Assembly: GCF_964204645.1 (NCBI RefSeq)
Contig: NC_134036.1
Location: forward strand, 3,934,400-3,998,399
Direction: 5' to 3'
Length of the DNA: 64,000 nucleotides
From: Tubulanus polymorphus
Lineage: Eukaryota; Animalia; Nemertea
Shown here: positions 1 through 10,731 of the stretch, piece by piece
Position numbering within the stretch: position 1 is the first letter of the stretch
Layout: each line of letters opens with the position of its first letter
Notes under the pieces: model-generated
What the model was told of the DNA's origin: nothing
Database searches by the model: none
Seen by the model: the letters and a program-made list of their open reading frames with translations, nothing else
Translations under genes and position numbers: made by a program

Positions 1-3000
1 GTTTATCGGCAAGAAAAGAACCGCCAGCCAGGCCACCACCTGATTCGGTATTTCTACCCGAAATACCGTGCAAAACTGAACGATTATTAACGGCAGCCAG
101 CAAAATAGATTACACAGATTTATCACCAAACTCCTACGTGCCAATATTAATTCTGTAGGGTCAATCCTACCAGAGCCAGACCTGCTTCCAGATACGAGTC
201 TGTACATTTGCGCATAAGTCGACATTATTGTAACAAGTATGACAGAGTTGAACACGGCAAAAATTACGAATGAATATTGCCAGGCGTTGACCTCGATTGT
301 AATTAAATTCATAGGTAAACAAACTCCTGTACTGCCATAGAAGTTGTCTCCGAAATAAGATGACTGTGAAAGAGGTATCATAGAAATTGTACCTATGGAT
401 AACCAACATACGCCACAAATAATGGACACATATTTCGGAGATGTAATCGGGCTTCCAGAAAATGGATTAACGATATTTGAAAATCTGTGTCGCGTTAGAA
501 TAAGCAGAAAAGACAACGAGCCTTCACAAGAAATCGTCACCACAATTCCAGCGAAACTGCACAATGAACTGTCCGTCCAACTTTCCGAATAAAGAAAATA
601 GACTCCTTCATAGAGGTAATCCGCTCCCGCGATCAAAAACAAATAAACCGACATCAGAAAATCACAAGCTGCGATGTTGATGATTAGGATGTCAGAGGAT
701 GTGTTACGCTTTTCGGAGGACGATAGTCGAATTGATCGAAGACGAAATAAAACGACAACACTGTTGGCGAGGAAACTTAATGTGGCGATGACCCAAATGA
801 TAGCTCTGAGGACTGTGTTGCCCATCAGATCAGAACAGGAGGAAAATTGATCAGCTTCTGGAAGGCACTGATCAACATTTGGTGCCATGCAGCAAAACTT
901 GTATGCGTTTGATGCGAGAAAAGCCAGAGATGTCAGATTATTGAAAACGCCTTTTCCAACAGAAATAACTTTGGAATTGTTGGTTATATCAAGAAGTCTA
1001 AGTGACTGCAATCCAGAAAATGCATATATAGATATATCACGGATTCTGTTACCGCTGACATTCAGTGACTGTAGTGCGACCAAACCCTTGAAAACATTTT
1101 CTGCAAGGACCGATAGAGATAGTCCATAGAGATCGAGAACTCGAAGCGCCTTCATACCTAAGAAACTGCCTTCTACCAAATAGCTCAATGGATTGCCAGT
1201 AATGAATAACTGTTCTAAACTATGCAAACCGGTGAACGTATTTTTAGATAAAGATGTTATGTTATTACATGTAAGGTCTAATGTGTGTAGATTATGAAGG
1301 TTTGAAAACGAAGCTGATAATATGTGAGACAATTCATTGAATGAGATATTTAACATACGAAGATATACGAAAGAAGATAAGGTTGATTCGCTTAAACGAA
1401 TTCTATTGCCCGACAAAATCAAAACTCGAGTTGATGCGGAGAAGAGACCAGTGATATTTGATAAACCAGTTTTTCCACAATCGATCGAATAACCTTGACA
1501 CCTGCAATATGTAGGACACGTGACGTTACAGAAAGCCTCGTCATCAGTTGTGTGTTTACAATTTACGAAACCATCACAAACTTCAGATTGTGGAATACAC
1601 CGATTTTCCTGACCACATTTAAACATTCCCGGACAAGAAAATGTCTCGCAGTTTTGTTCATCTTCTGAATTAGGACAATCTGATTGACCGTCGCACACCT
1701 GTCTGATCGGTATACAGTAAGACGCAGGACATTTCACAGTGCCAGCTGGACATTCAAATTCTTCACATTTCAAAATGTGCTCAAGATTTCTACAAACTGG
1801 GAAACCATTTGTCATTCTATCTAGAATGCATCTGTGATGTCTTGAATAACAATGTGGAGAATTGAAAGAACATCTTTGTTCATCAGATTTTGTGCAAAGA
1901 TTAGTGAAGTTAGTCGTACAGTGGTTTTCATTGTCGCAGTGAACGGTAGGATTCACAATAACACTAGTTTCTACGAATTCATCTTCTTCAAGACTTCCGC
2001 TACAATCCACAACACCATCCTGATACAACTGAGAACTGATACAGTCTCCACTGTTACACATGAACCCTTGACACAGTTCAGCAGTGCATCCACTTTCATC
2101 GGAGCCGTCCTTACAATTGAAGATGCCATCACACCTTTTAGATTTACCGACACATTGACCATTTTTACAGCGAAATTGTTCAGACGAACACGGAGGATGA
2201 AAACACGAGTTCTCATCAGAACTATCCACACAATCGTGCATGAAATCACAGAATCCACTTATTGATATAACCTGACCATCATAGCATTGAAACTGACTGT
2301 GCAGATTGATATCCCTACAATTGAGTTCATCTTCACCGTGTTGACAGTCGTGTCTGGTATCACATACGCGATGGTCGCTGATACATCTTTGATCGTTACA
2401 TTTAAACTGCCACAATTTACAACCGCTTATAGAAGCTAACTCTTCGCCAGTTACATTGTAGGAACACAGAACAGAATGCGCTGTATATGTTTGGTTTTCC
2501 CAGGGCATCAATAACCAATCAACCGATTTATTATACGTTATTTCATCTCTGGTAACAAACGGTTTTATTGTCTTCGATTGATTGCTAGAATCCTTAGTTA
2601 GAATAGCGCCATATTGGTGCTGATAACGAAATCTTCCAACCAAATTTTCGACTTCTGTCGCCACCGATATCGCACCTATATCACCGCTGATGCCACGACA
2701 CATTTCTCTCGCGCTTCCAATATCTAAACTTCGGTTTTTGTCCCAATTTGTCAGTATATGAAAACATCGTCCGGCTATACCTACCCAACCGCGAGTACAG
2801 GTTGCGTTAAACATATTGTTATCAACCTTATCCTCATTCCCAGTCGGAGAAGTTTCGTCATCCGTCCTATTGCTATCTTTTCCAGTTGCATTTTTATCAT
2901 CGTTGATTCTGTCCGTTTCGCACATGAAAGTCGTGTGAACCTCATCAATTCCGCAGGGGAATCGAACCCAGTTCGCCGAACCTCGTGGATTATTCAGTAT

Positions 3001-3165
3001 CATCGCCGAACATGGCATATTGACGTCTTGTATTGGTTGTTTTCTCAGGGGAGATATCAATCCTTGAATAACTTCTGGTATCGTTTCGTTGTTACTCGGC
3101 GGCCGGTACCACTCTGTGTAGCTCATCGGTTTCCCATCGGTCCACGTGTAACGACCAGTTGTCAA
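1..3165 (-). CDS. GRL101: Copy 1 exon 3 (3' end lies beyond the window): CTLD C-half, LDLa repeats, LRRs, 7TM of a GRL101-like GPCR
   Basis: Acceptor ttttctcag|TTG at 3165. The LRR/7TM part is near-identical to copy 4 (offset 33576; one in-frame 3-nt indel). No stop-terminated ORF is listed in this frame, so it appears open to position 1. Confidence 0.9.
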   Translation of the reverse strand, partial: MTTGRYTWTDGKPMSYTEWYRPPSNNETIPEVIQGLISPLRKQPIQDVNMPCSAMILNNPRGSANWVRFPCGIDEVHTTFMCETDRINDDKNATGKDSNRTDDETSPTGNEDKVDNNMFNATCTRGWVGIAGRCFHILTNWDKNRSLDIGSAREMCRGISGDIGAISVATEVENLVGRFRYQHQYGAILTKDSSNQSKTIKPFVTRDEITYNKSVDWLLMPWENQTYTAHSVLCSYNVTGEELASISGCKLWQFKCNDQRCISDHRVCDTRHDCQHGEDELNCRDINLHSQFQCYDGQVISISGFCDFMHDCVDSSDENSCFHPPCSSEQFRCKNGQCVGKSKRCDGIFNCKDGSDESGCTAELCQGFMCNSGDCISSQLYQDGVVDCSGSLEEDEFVETSVIVNPTVHCDNENHCTTNFTNLCTKSDEQRCSFNSPHCYSRHHRCILDRMTNGFPVCRNLEHILKCEEFECPAGTVKCPASYCIPIRQVCDGQSDCPNSEDEQNCETFSCPGMFKCGQENRCIPQSEVCDGFVNCKHTTDDEAFCNVTCPTYCRCQGYSIDCGKTGLSNITGLFSASTRVLILSGNRIRLSESTLSSFVYLRMLNISFNELSHILSASFSNLHNLHTLDLTCNNITSLSKNTFTGLHSLEQLFITGNPLSYLVEGSFLGMKALRVLDLYGLSLSVLAENVFKGLVALQSLNVSGNRIRDISIYAFSGLQSLRLLDITNNSKVISVGKGVFNNLTSLAFLASNAYKFCCMAPNVDQCLPEADQFSSCSDLMGNTVLRAIIWVIATLSFLANSVVVLFRLRSIRLSSSEKRNTSSDILIINIAACDFLMSVYLFLIAGADYLYEGVYFLYSESWTDSSLCSFAGIVVTISCEGSLSFLLILTRHRFSNIVNPFSGSPITSPKYVSIICGVCWLSIGTISMIPLSQSSYFGDNFYGSTGVCLPMNLITIEVNAWQYSFVIFAVFNSVILVTIMSTYAQMYRLVSGSRSGSGRIDPTELILARRSLVINLCNLFCWLPLIIVQFCTVFRVEIPNQVVAWLAVLFLPIN

Positions 3166-3589
3166 CTGAGAAAATAGAATAAAACATTGTATTATCGGGC
3201 ATATAAAAAACCCACTCAAGTAATAAAGAAATAAAGTACGATTTAGCTAAAGTTGGTTCGACGTTCACGGGCTTTATCGGTAACTATTATACAGGTTCTC
3301 TGACATTTCTACCCAATTCACCATATCTCCATTAACGATTTCTTTTGCCAAACCATATCGATAAGTCCCGTTCTCTACATATTAAAGGTTAGGTTGGGTT
3401 TAAACAATATTTGAAAATATATATTGATTTCCATTGGTAACTAACTGGACTGAGACAAGAGAGGAAATATTGAAAATCTCTTGAAAATCTCTCTTCTCTT
3501 TGTTCTGGATCTCTTAGTTAGTTGTATTGTTGGTCTTATAGATTTTCTTTTTATTGTTTTATAATCATATTTCATTATATATAATGCAC

Positions 3590-4951
3590 CTGTAATTTCA
3601 AGCCGATCATTATTATGAGCGCTTTTCTCGAAAATGCCATCTTCATCAGTCGTCTTACAGCGAATAACGTTTTGATAGCCATCATCTCCTCTTCTGAGTT
3701 GATACTGAGTAGATTTCCCGCGTACTTCTGTCTACAGTACAATTCAGCATTCTCCCAATTCAGACGTACTTTTCTGATGAATTTCACGCAGGAAAATCCC
3801 GAATCTAAAAGCCCTGCTGATTCGCAGACTCTGTCGCGTTGTTTCGGCATTAGATTCTGTTCTAAGACGTATTGTATGTGAAATCTGGGTATTCTGTTTT
3901 TCACCTCGAGCCACTGCGGTTCTTCCTGCAGACTATAGAATGTAATTCCCGGTACACCGTACGTTTCGCATAGTTTATTCTCGTGACGGGCGTTACTCCT
4001 CTCTTTTCTTCCGTCGTTGTAGATGACCTCCTGCACGAATACGACCGCTTCTGTTTTGTATCGCGATTCTTTGACGCACGGCGCTTCTTCCATATCTTTG
4101 ATAACGAATCGGTAATACTGAATTCGCGCGCGGTTCACCCCGAACCTGACGTTGTATTTCAAAACGACGTCTGAAATGCCAGCCGTTCCCGGGTAGTTCG
4201 GTGACTGCATGACTCCGCAATCGACCACACGACGCTCCGTCCAAATGATGTGTTCGTTGTGCTTTCTCAATCTTTGGCAGGTGCGCCGCAATTCGACGAT
4301 GAACGCGAACCTCCAGAAAAAATCGGCCGTGTCGATTTGCACAGTGTAGACAACGCTGTTATTGTTGAGGCGCTGGCTACTGAGCAGGATATATTTTATA
4401 CATTGCCTGGAATGGTACATAGGGAACAGATGATCGGGCACGTGCGAGCAGATTTCGTATTCGTACGGCGTCAATATGTAAATACTACGAGGCGCAACCT
4501 GTCGGTTTTCGGGCATTATCCTGAAACAGCGCGACGTCACCGTAACCCAGCGCTCTCCTTGTCGCAGAGTGTAGCCGTCACAGTCAGTCGGGCGTAACTT
4601 CAAACTCGCTTTCCTCCGATCGTATACCAACCTCTTGCCCTGACAATTGTATGTGTAGCCAACTACGATAACCGGGCCGCCCGAGGTAATCAGACTGACG
4701 ACGCTGCGTCGATAACCCCACGAACTGGGGCAATACGGACCGTATCGTCTAGCCGTGAAATTACCACCGTCGTATATGTAAAATCCGACGTTTTCGCAAT
4801 CAACCGATAACACCCCTAGTTCGAGACTCTGTTCAGTTATTTGGACTTTCCAGGTGAATTCGTACGCGTTTACGTTATATTTCAACGTCCTCGTTGGTGA
4901 TGGAAGCATCGTGAAATATGGCAATGACGCCGGAGCAAGATAGCCGCGTAT
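3590..4951 (-). CDS. Copy 1 exon 2: CUB-like domains plus N-half of C-type lectin domain (454 codons)
   Basis: Acceptor ttatttcag|ATA, donor CAG|gtgcat, both phase 0. CUB motifs YIYDG..GPYC and CG.MQSPNYPG; CTLD motifs SCVKF..LNWENAELYC..AGNLLSINS..MIGL. Confidence 0.9.
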
Positions 4952-5360
4952 CTGAAATAAATTCGAAGGAATTAATGAATTCAGTGGCAGTATAATTAAG
5001 ATATCGTCAACCCCTGATATACCGCCAACATCGGTAATCTAGAATTCCAGCGGTATATTGTTAATTTTGACTACTTCTATGACAAAAACACATCACAGAA
5101 TATACAGCACTGGAAAACCCTGGCTCTACGTGGGGATATTCGGTTTAACATCATTAAAACGAAATCATAGAAATTTGAAATGTGATACGGAATCATTTAG
5201 TTGAGTATTTCGTATTATAACAACTGACTCTAAAGTTGTAAAAGAGGTCGGAACATAATCTATTCGATATTCAATTATTCCGTCAGCTCCTGCCACAACA
5301 ACAAACGCGTTTGCGTTAGCAAACATCAATCGAGACAAAAATAAGTATTCACGCACTTAC

Positions 5361-6572
5361 CGAAGGCTTATGAATGCGAAACTCTGATAATGAAAGCAAT
5401 TTCATTCTGAATTCTATTCTCACATTCATATTTGTGATGTTCGGTCTGGTAAGAACGCACAGTGTGACGAGAAATCCTTCAGATTTGAAACTCAGTGATT
5501 TCAGGTAGTTATAACCGAGTAAAATATCAGTTCCTACAACGCGTAACCCTTCTTGTTTATATACACCGATTAAGTCATCGGATGTTACGAGATCACGTGT
5601 CCAGTTGAAGACGACGTACTGTAACACCTGCACTGTGATAGACCAGCAGTGTAAGTGTTTTGATCGAGTTATTACGTGTAAACTGTTGTCATCGGGAATG
5701 AGCACTCCCGAATCGTTATTAGAGACCTGAATCAACGGATTAGAGACGTTCCAATCTGATATTCTGTATATCTGGATTAAAAGCTCAGTCGTTGTCTTGC
5801 GTTGATCCGACACGAAAATGGCGGCTTTATTAGTTTTGGTATAAAACGATGACGGCTGCTGTCCGCTTTGTACGCCTATAAGCGCTATCGGTTCACTGCT
5901 GATGTTCCAGCTGTCGTAGATTCGAAAACTCGCCGTTGGATCGACGCCGGCGCCAGGGTATAGTTTCAGGTCCAAATCTACGAATGTGAAATTCATCGCC
6001 AAACCATCCGGGATGTCGATCCATTCGATGAACAACTGACATCGGAAATTAAGGTACATCGCGAATTTGTATCCGGTCGATGTGTTTAACTTATTCACTT
6101 TAAAATACGATCTCCCGCAGCTGTGAGTGATTCTCAATTGGTTTCTTTCGTAACGATATATGATATAAACCCGACTACCTCGCGCACCATCGACGTTACT
6201 TCTAAACATTAATGAGATCGAATCGTTACGAACGATGTCGTATTTTCCGTTACCGCATATGGTCTTCCCGTCGACGAATAGGTAGTTATCGCTGCAGAAT
6301 ATTGACAGCTCGATATCGTAGTACGTTTCGACGTGAAAAGTTCCCGGTAAAGAGCTGTTGACGAACCAACGACATTCAACACCGCGCGTTAACGAAGGGT
6401 AATTCGGCGAAGCGATGTAACCGGACGTAGAATCTAGCGGGTTCCACGTATTGTTACAAGACGAACTTACCGTCACAGACGATTCCTCGATAGAGTCTGC
6501 GCGATCAGCGCGCGCGATGCGAACTTGACAGACGATCAGCGACGCTAACAGCGTTCTCAGTCGCTGCTCCAT
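5361..6572 (-). CDS. Copy 1 exon 1: signal peptide plus CUB and CUB-like domains (404 codons); gene = 6572-5361, 4951-3590, 3165-<1
   Basis: ATG-GAG start conserved in all six copies; hydrophobic LLASLIVC segment; canonical CUB (C..SGYIASPNYP..CRW..C.DNYL..ICG..FRS); donor TCG|gtaagt. Confidence 0.88.
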
Positions 6573-6699
6573 ACCGAACAACATCAACACGGTGATGAAA
6601 GATCAAAATTTCTAAAATCTGTCCGATCAAAAAATACATTACTCTGGTGGAGCCATGAATACTTCAACTACTCGCTTGTCTTGTTTCAAATGAGCGATT

Positions 6700-6775
6700 T
6701 CGATGCCGGATTTACAGTGAATAAAGAATGAGACTATGCCTCGGATTTCCTCACTATATCGACGACGCCCGCGGG
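6700..6775 (-). promoter_or_regulatory. Conserved upstream block (putative core promoter or 5' UTR)
   Basis: gatttcctcactatatcgacgacgcccg lies about 120-215 bp upstream of the ATG in copies 1, 2, 3, 4 and the divergent copy 6; it is absent in copy 5. Confidence 0.5.
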
Positions 6776-7260
6776 GTATGTATACATCGTGTTTTCCAAT
6801 GGAATCCATTCCCTGCGGCATCATTTTTTAGGATATCGTATTTGATTTCCTATTGGATTTCTGACTTTGCTTTTGACTTCGATATACATCTAGGCATACA
6901 TAGATAATATCGACATCTGCTAACAGGTTGGTTTTTGAAATGAAAATTTACTATTTTTTTTTGTAAATTTAGCAAAGTATTGATAACTTGACCTGGAAAA
7001 TTCTAAAACCTCAACATGTTGTCTTATCATTTTAAAATGGAAATGCCTTAAGAAATAAATGCTTTTAGCCCTCCAAAATACCCCTTAATACCCGGCGTCC
7101 CTAAAGATTAATACTTGTACAGTGAAGCCCGCTTCAAATCGGATTACTCCGACTACTAAAAATCCGACCTTAACAGATTTTAATATCAATCTAACCATAC
7201 CTTTCGCATCAAATAATTTCTTGTTCGCTTTCTCCCTATCTTTTTTTAAAAAATATATTT

Positions 7261-7646
7261 CAATCTAAACACCTCTTTCTCGAGACTCTTTTGCCTTAAA
7301 AAATTCCCCAATTATTCTAAAAAATAATAATTCACTATTTTTTGGATCACGAAAAAAAGACGTCTATTTTCAGGATTGAAATATCATCAGGACCTAAAAT
7401 TAAATACTTATTTGCTGACGGTAAAAATCTTCTCCGCTGCAGTCATTTTTTTTAAATACACATCAATCTATACACCTCTTTCTCGAGACTCTTTTGGCTT
7501 TAAAAATTTCCCAAATTATTCTACAAAATAATAATTCACTATTTTGGAATCATAAAAAAGACGTCTATTTTCAGGATTCAAATATCATCAGGACCTAAAA
7601 CTAAATACTTATTTGCTGTCGATAGAAATCCTCTTCGCTGCAGTCA
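7261..7646. repeat. ~203-bp direct tandem duplication (also at 18504-18890)
   Basis: caatcta.acacctctttctcgagactc...cgctgcagtca occurs twice here, but only once at the homologous site upstream of copies 3 and 4. Confidence 0.9.
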
Positions 7647-7949
7647 AATTCAATCTGCAACAACACGAGGCTGAGCACTCCTATTAGAAATCAATTCGCA
7701 TTATCATTACCATATCTTTAAAATTTATGTAGAGATAAATTCTTGATTGAAGATAAACAACAAACACTAGATATAAGACATTTTATCACTGAACGTTTAA
7801 CAAGTGATCGTCGGCACTTGAGAATCGAGAATGATCAGTAAATACTCGACATTCGGGATTTCACCACAGGAATTTTCGATTGGAGATGAACTACAAACAC
7901 TAGATATGTTATAAGACATTTTATCGCCACAGTATTAATGGTTGATCGT

Positions 7950-8740
7950 CCAAATCCGCCACGTAAAATCCCCCGGTGAATATCCCCCTGGGTAAAAATA
8001 CCACCGGCAAAAATCACCCGAAATTCAAGTTTAAACTAGTGTATAAGACTAAGATAAAATACCCAGAAAAAAATGTTGGTAATGATTTTGCGATATTTGA
8101 ACACCGATATCTTATTATAAACTTGAACTCGAACTTGAACTTGAACTTATATTTATTGCGCCGTATATAACATTTATACATAGAATAAGACATACAATAA
8201 ATTTACAGGGCAAAACATTAAAGAATGACATTTAATATAGAGTACATAATACATTATTATAATATAATTATATTATTGTCATAATATATTATGACTTTCG
8301 AATTATTTTTTTTTTCATAGAAATCCTCAAAACTACAATCGTGTCAATTTTGATGCATGTAACTTGCATGCTTGCTGAAAGTCACAGAATATTGTAATTC
8401 TGATATTGTGACTAATACCATACATAGTTTTGGATTCATGATAATCTATCAACATGAGAACGTTGAGACATTTAAATCAGTCGAGAATCACAATATCCGT
8501 GATGAGACGATGAGTAAAAATCCAACAATAAATGTACGAATCTAAGAAGTTCATTACAAAAATTCTAGATATTGCGGGTGGTTGCCGCCACCCTTCTTCG
8601 GCCTAAAATGACTTTACAAATAAATCTCGTATTTTGTTGACATTTAGTTGGTTTTGTTTTGAAATAAAATTTGGGAGACATTTTTTAACCTACGGGGGAT
8701 GCTTACGTAGGGATTTTTACGGGGGGGGGGGTGTTGTTAC
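7950..8740. mobile_element. Degenerate MITE-like element with inverted subterminal motifs (homologues ~19195-19810, ~30006-30825, ~41592-42120)
   Basis: Left end repeats gtaaaa(a)tcccc; right end repeats gggatttttac/ggggg in inverted orientation. Confidence 0.5.
8119..8292 (-). mobile_element. 5'-truncated retroposed insertion (LINE 3' end) with a (GAACTT)n tail
   Basis: Absent at homologous sites; flanked by a tattat duplication (8113-8118 / 8287-8292); on the minus strand AATAAA is followed by AAGTTC repeats. Confidence 0.65.
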
Positions 8741-10731
8741 CTGTTACGACACTTATGATGCGTTCAGACTTCTCCTGAGAAATTTCCAAATTGAGATGAA
8801 ATAAATATAAACACCAGACATTAGACATTACATCAGCATACATTCAAAACCTGATCATTACTTAACACTACGGGGCGCTTTCCATTGTATCATTTCTTGG
8901 ATGTTTCACCCGATCAAGTGAACTACATCATTTAAATTGATTTTAGGATGAAAAATATTGTCATAAGATGACCTCGGGATAAATATATTAACACCTTGAA
9001 ACCGTGACCGTGATATTCGATAGATTCCTCTTTGAAATCTCTTACGTCCATATGGAAATGTATTAAGCTTAGCAGAATTGATATGAAAACTTTACAGCTG
9101 AAATTCTATATAAACTTCGCATCTGCGCAGTATAGTTTAAACATTATACAATCGTGGATATAAAGGTTATAGTTATGCACTAGGGGAAGCTTGAGATAAA
9201 TATAGGCGTTTTACTGGTGGTGCTGCAATAAGTGGTTATACCTGCAGCGCTTGGTGTCTCGTTTTAGAACGACACATCCTATATACGTATGGTTGAGATA
9301 TGCCTATAACAATACACGTCTCCATAGATAAAGGTGTCTGAAGCGTGCAGACGATATCCTAACTGACTGACGTCACAATATTGGCTTTTCACCTAACGCG
9401 CCGCAGTCTTTCTAGACCTGGCTGTACGCGGCTGTTTTAGTTTCGTTGCGTTGCCCTAAGAAATAGGCAAATCAGTGAATTTGGCCTCAACTCTTCAATT
9501 GACCCTAGCTTTTCCTAATCCATTTACCAAAGTGTTGATGTGATGGCGGTTCGAATCTTCGTTTGTTTCGTAAATTATTAAAAATGTATAAATGGGATAC
9601 TGGCCCTCACCAGATAGCGCAACATGACTTTGGGTAATTCGTATAGAGTGAAATGATCAGTTCATTATCATTGAAATATGAACTCGATTTTAGGCTTGCT
9701 CATACGAAAATGATCAAACAAGTCATCGCATAGATACAACATCCGCCTTCTCACTCAATAATGGTATAGCTTTTTTTGATTTACTAATGAGAAAAGTTGA
9801 TTCGAATTTAATTGAAATCTAGGTAATTGAAGCGCGGTAATCTAGTGCCACTAACGATCCTGGCGGATTATCGCTGAATCTTCGCTTGCCGCTGTAGCGT
9901 TGTCGGTGTCCCATTGCCGTGTGTCTATGCAAGATTTAAGTAAGATTTCTTGACCCGAATGTCCCTCTGACGGCTGAGGTTATTTACTCTCAAATACGCC
10001 AAAGATTCTTGTAATCGTGTCCATTCTATTTTTTCCTCCGTATATTATCACTGTGGTCGAATCGTGTACATAAAATATGCTTTCTGCATAACGTATTCCT
10101 GTTGTTTTTTCCATAAATTTCATAATCTTGTCTGATGGTGAAGTAATTGTTTGTTAATCGCATCTCTTTATCGGCGGTTAATGAAAATTGTTTTCTGCTG
10201 AATAATTCGACCTATTTCCGATTCATTCCACGGTGAATTGAATTGCTCTGACAACACATATTACGGTTAAGTGATACGTGCAGTTGATTCTATCAAAAGC
10301 GTTATACTCTTTAAGTAACGACCGATCTTCAGGCATTAGAAAAATAAGTCTGGTCGTTATAAACTCGTTATAATTTGCAATATCCAATCGGAAATTGCAA
10401 CCAAGAAATCTCATGGACTTTCACGATTCCTAGAAAGTCTTTAGTTATTGCCGACGGTTTGGTAATGTTGATGTTTAAATCGACACGGTATTTAAAAAGG
10501 TGCAATGTGACAACATCAAAACAACAATTTGGTAATGCCGTACGCCTTACATAACCCGGATCAACTGGGACGGCCAAAACGAGCGGAGGCTGAGTTAAAA
10601 TGGTTATATGAGATAGTAAATCGCAAGGATGATTTAATTTTTGTCGAAAAATAGCTATAACTGAGTAAGGCTAGGTTTACAACAATACGCGTGCTATTCT
10701 AGCTATTCTATTTCGGTAGAAAAAACGTCGT

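Noticed and set aside
167-3177. Many short ORFs (60-210 aa) overlapping receptor exons on the opposite strand or in alternative frames, recurring in each unit
   Set aside because: Shadow ORFs of the real CDS; they recur only because the DNA is duplicated, and their lengths and stops vary between copies.
5111-5120. Rel/NF-kB-like site GGGTTTTCC in intron 1 of copies 1-4
   Set aside because: A short motif expected by chance; its conservation is explained by recent duplication and it was not found in copies 5-6.
5165-5356. 63-aa ORF inside intron 1 as a possible extra exon
   Set aside because: It is frameshifted in copies 2-4, and the candidate acceptor gives an early stop in phase 0.
3575-6590. 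Treating the three ORFs per unit as an operon-like set of separate genes
   Set aside because: Conservation stops exactly at GT/AG sites, the starts are mostly TTG/GTG artefacts, and a CTLD is split between two ORFs.
7360-7395. CTGATGA...GAAA on the minus strand of the 203-bp repeat as a hammerhead ribozyme
   Set aside because: No convincing stem II or stem III.
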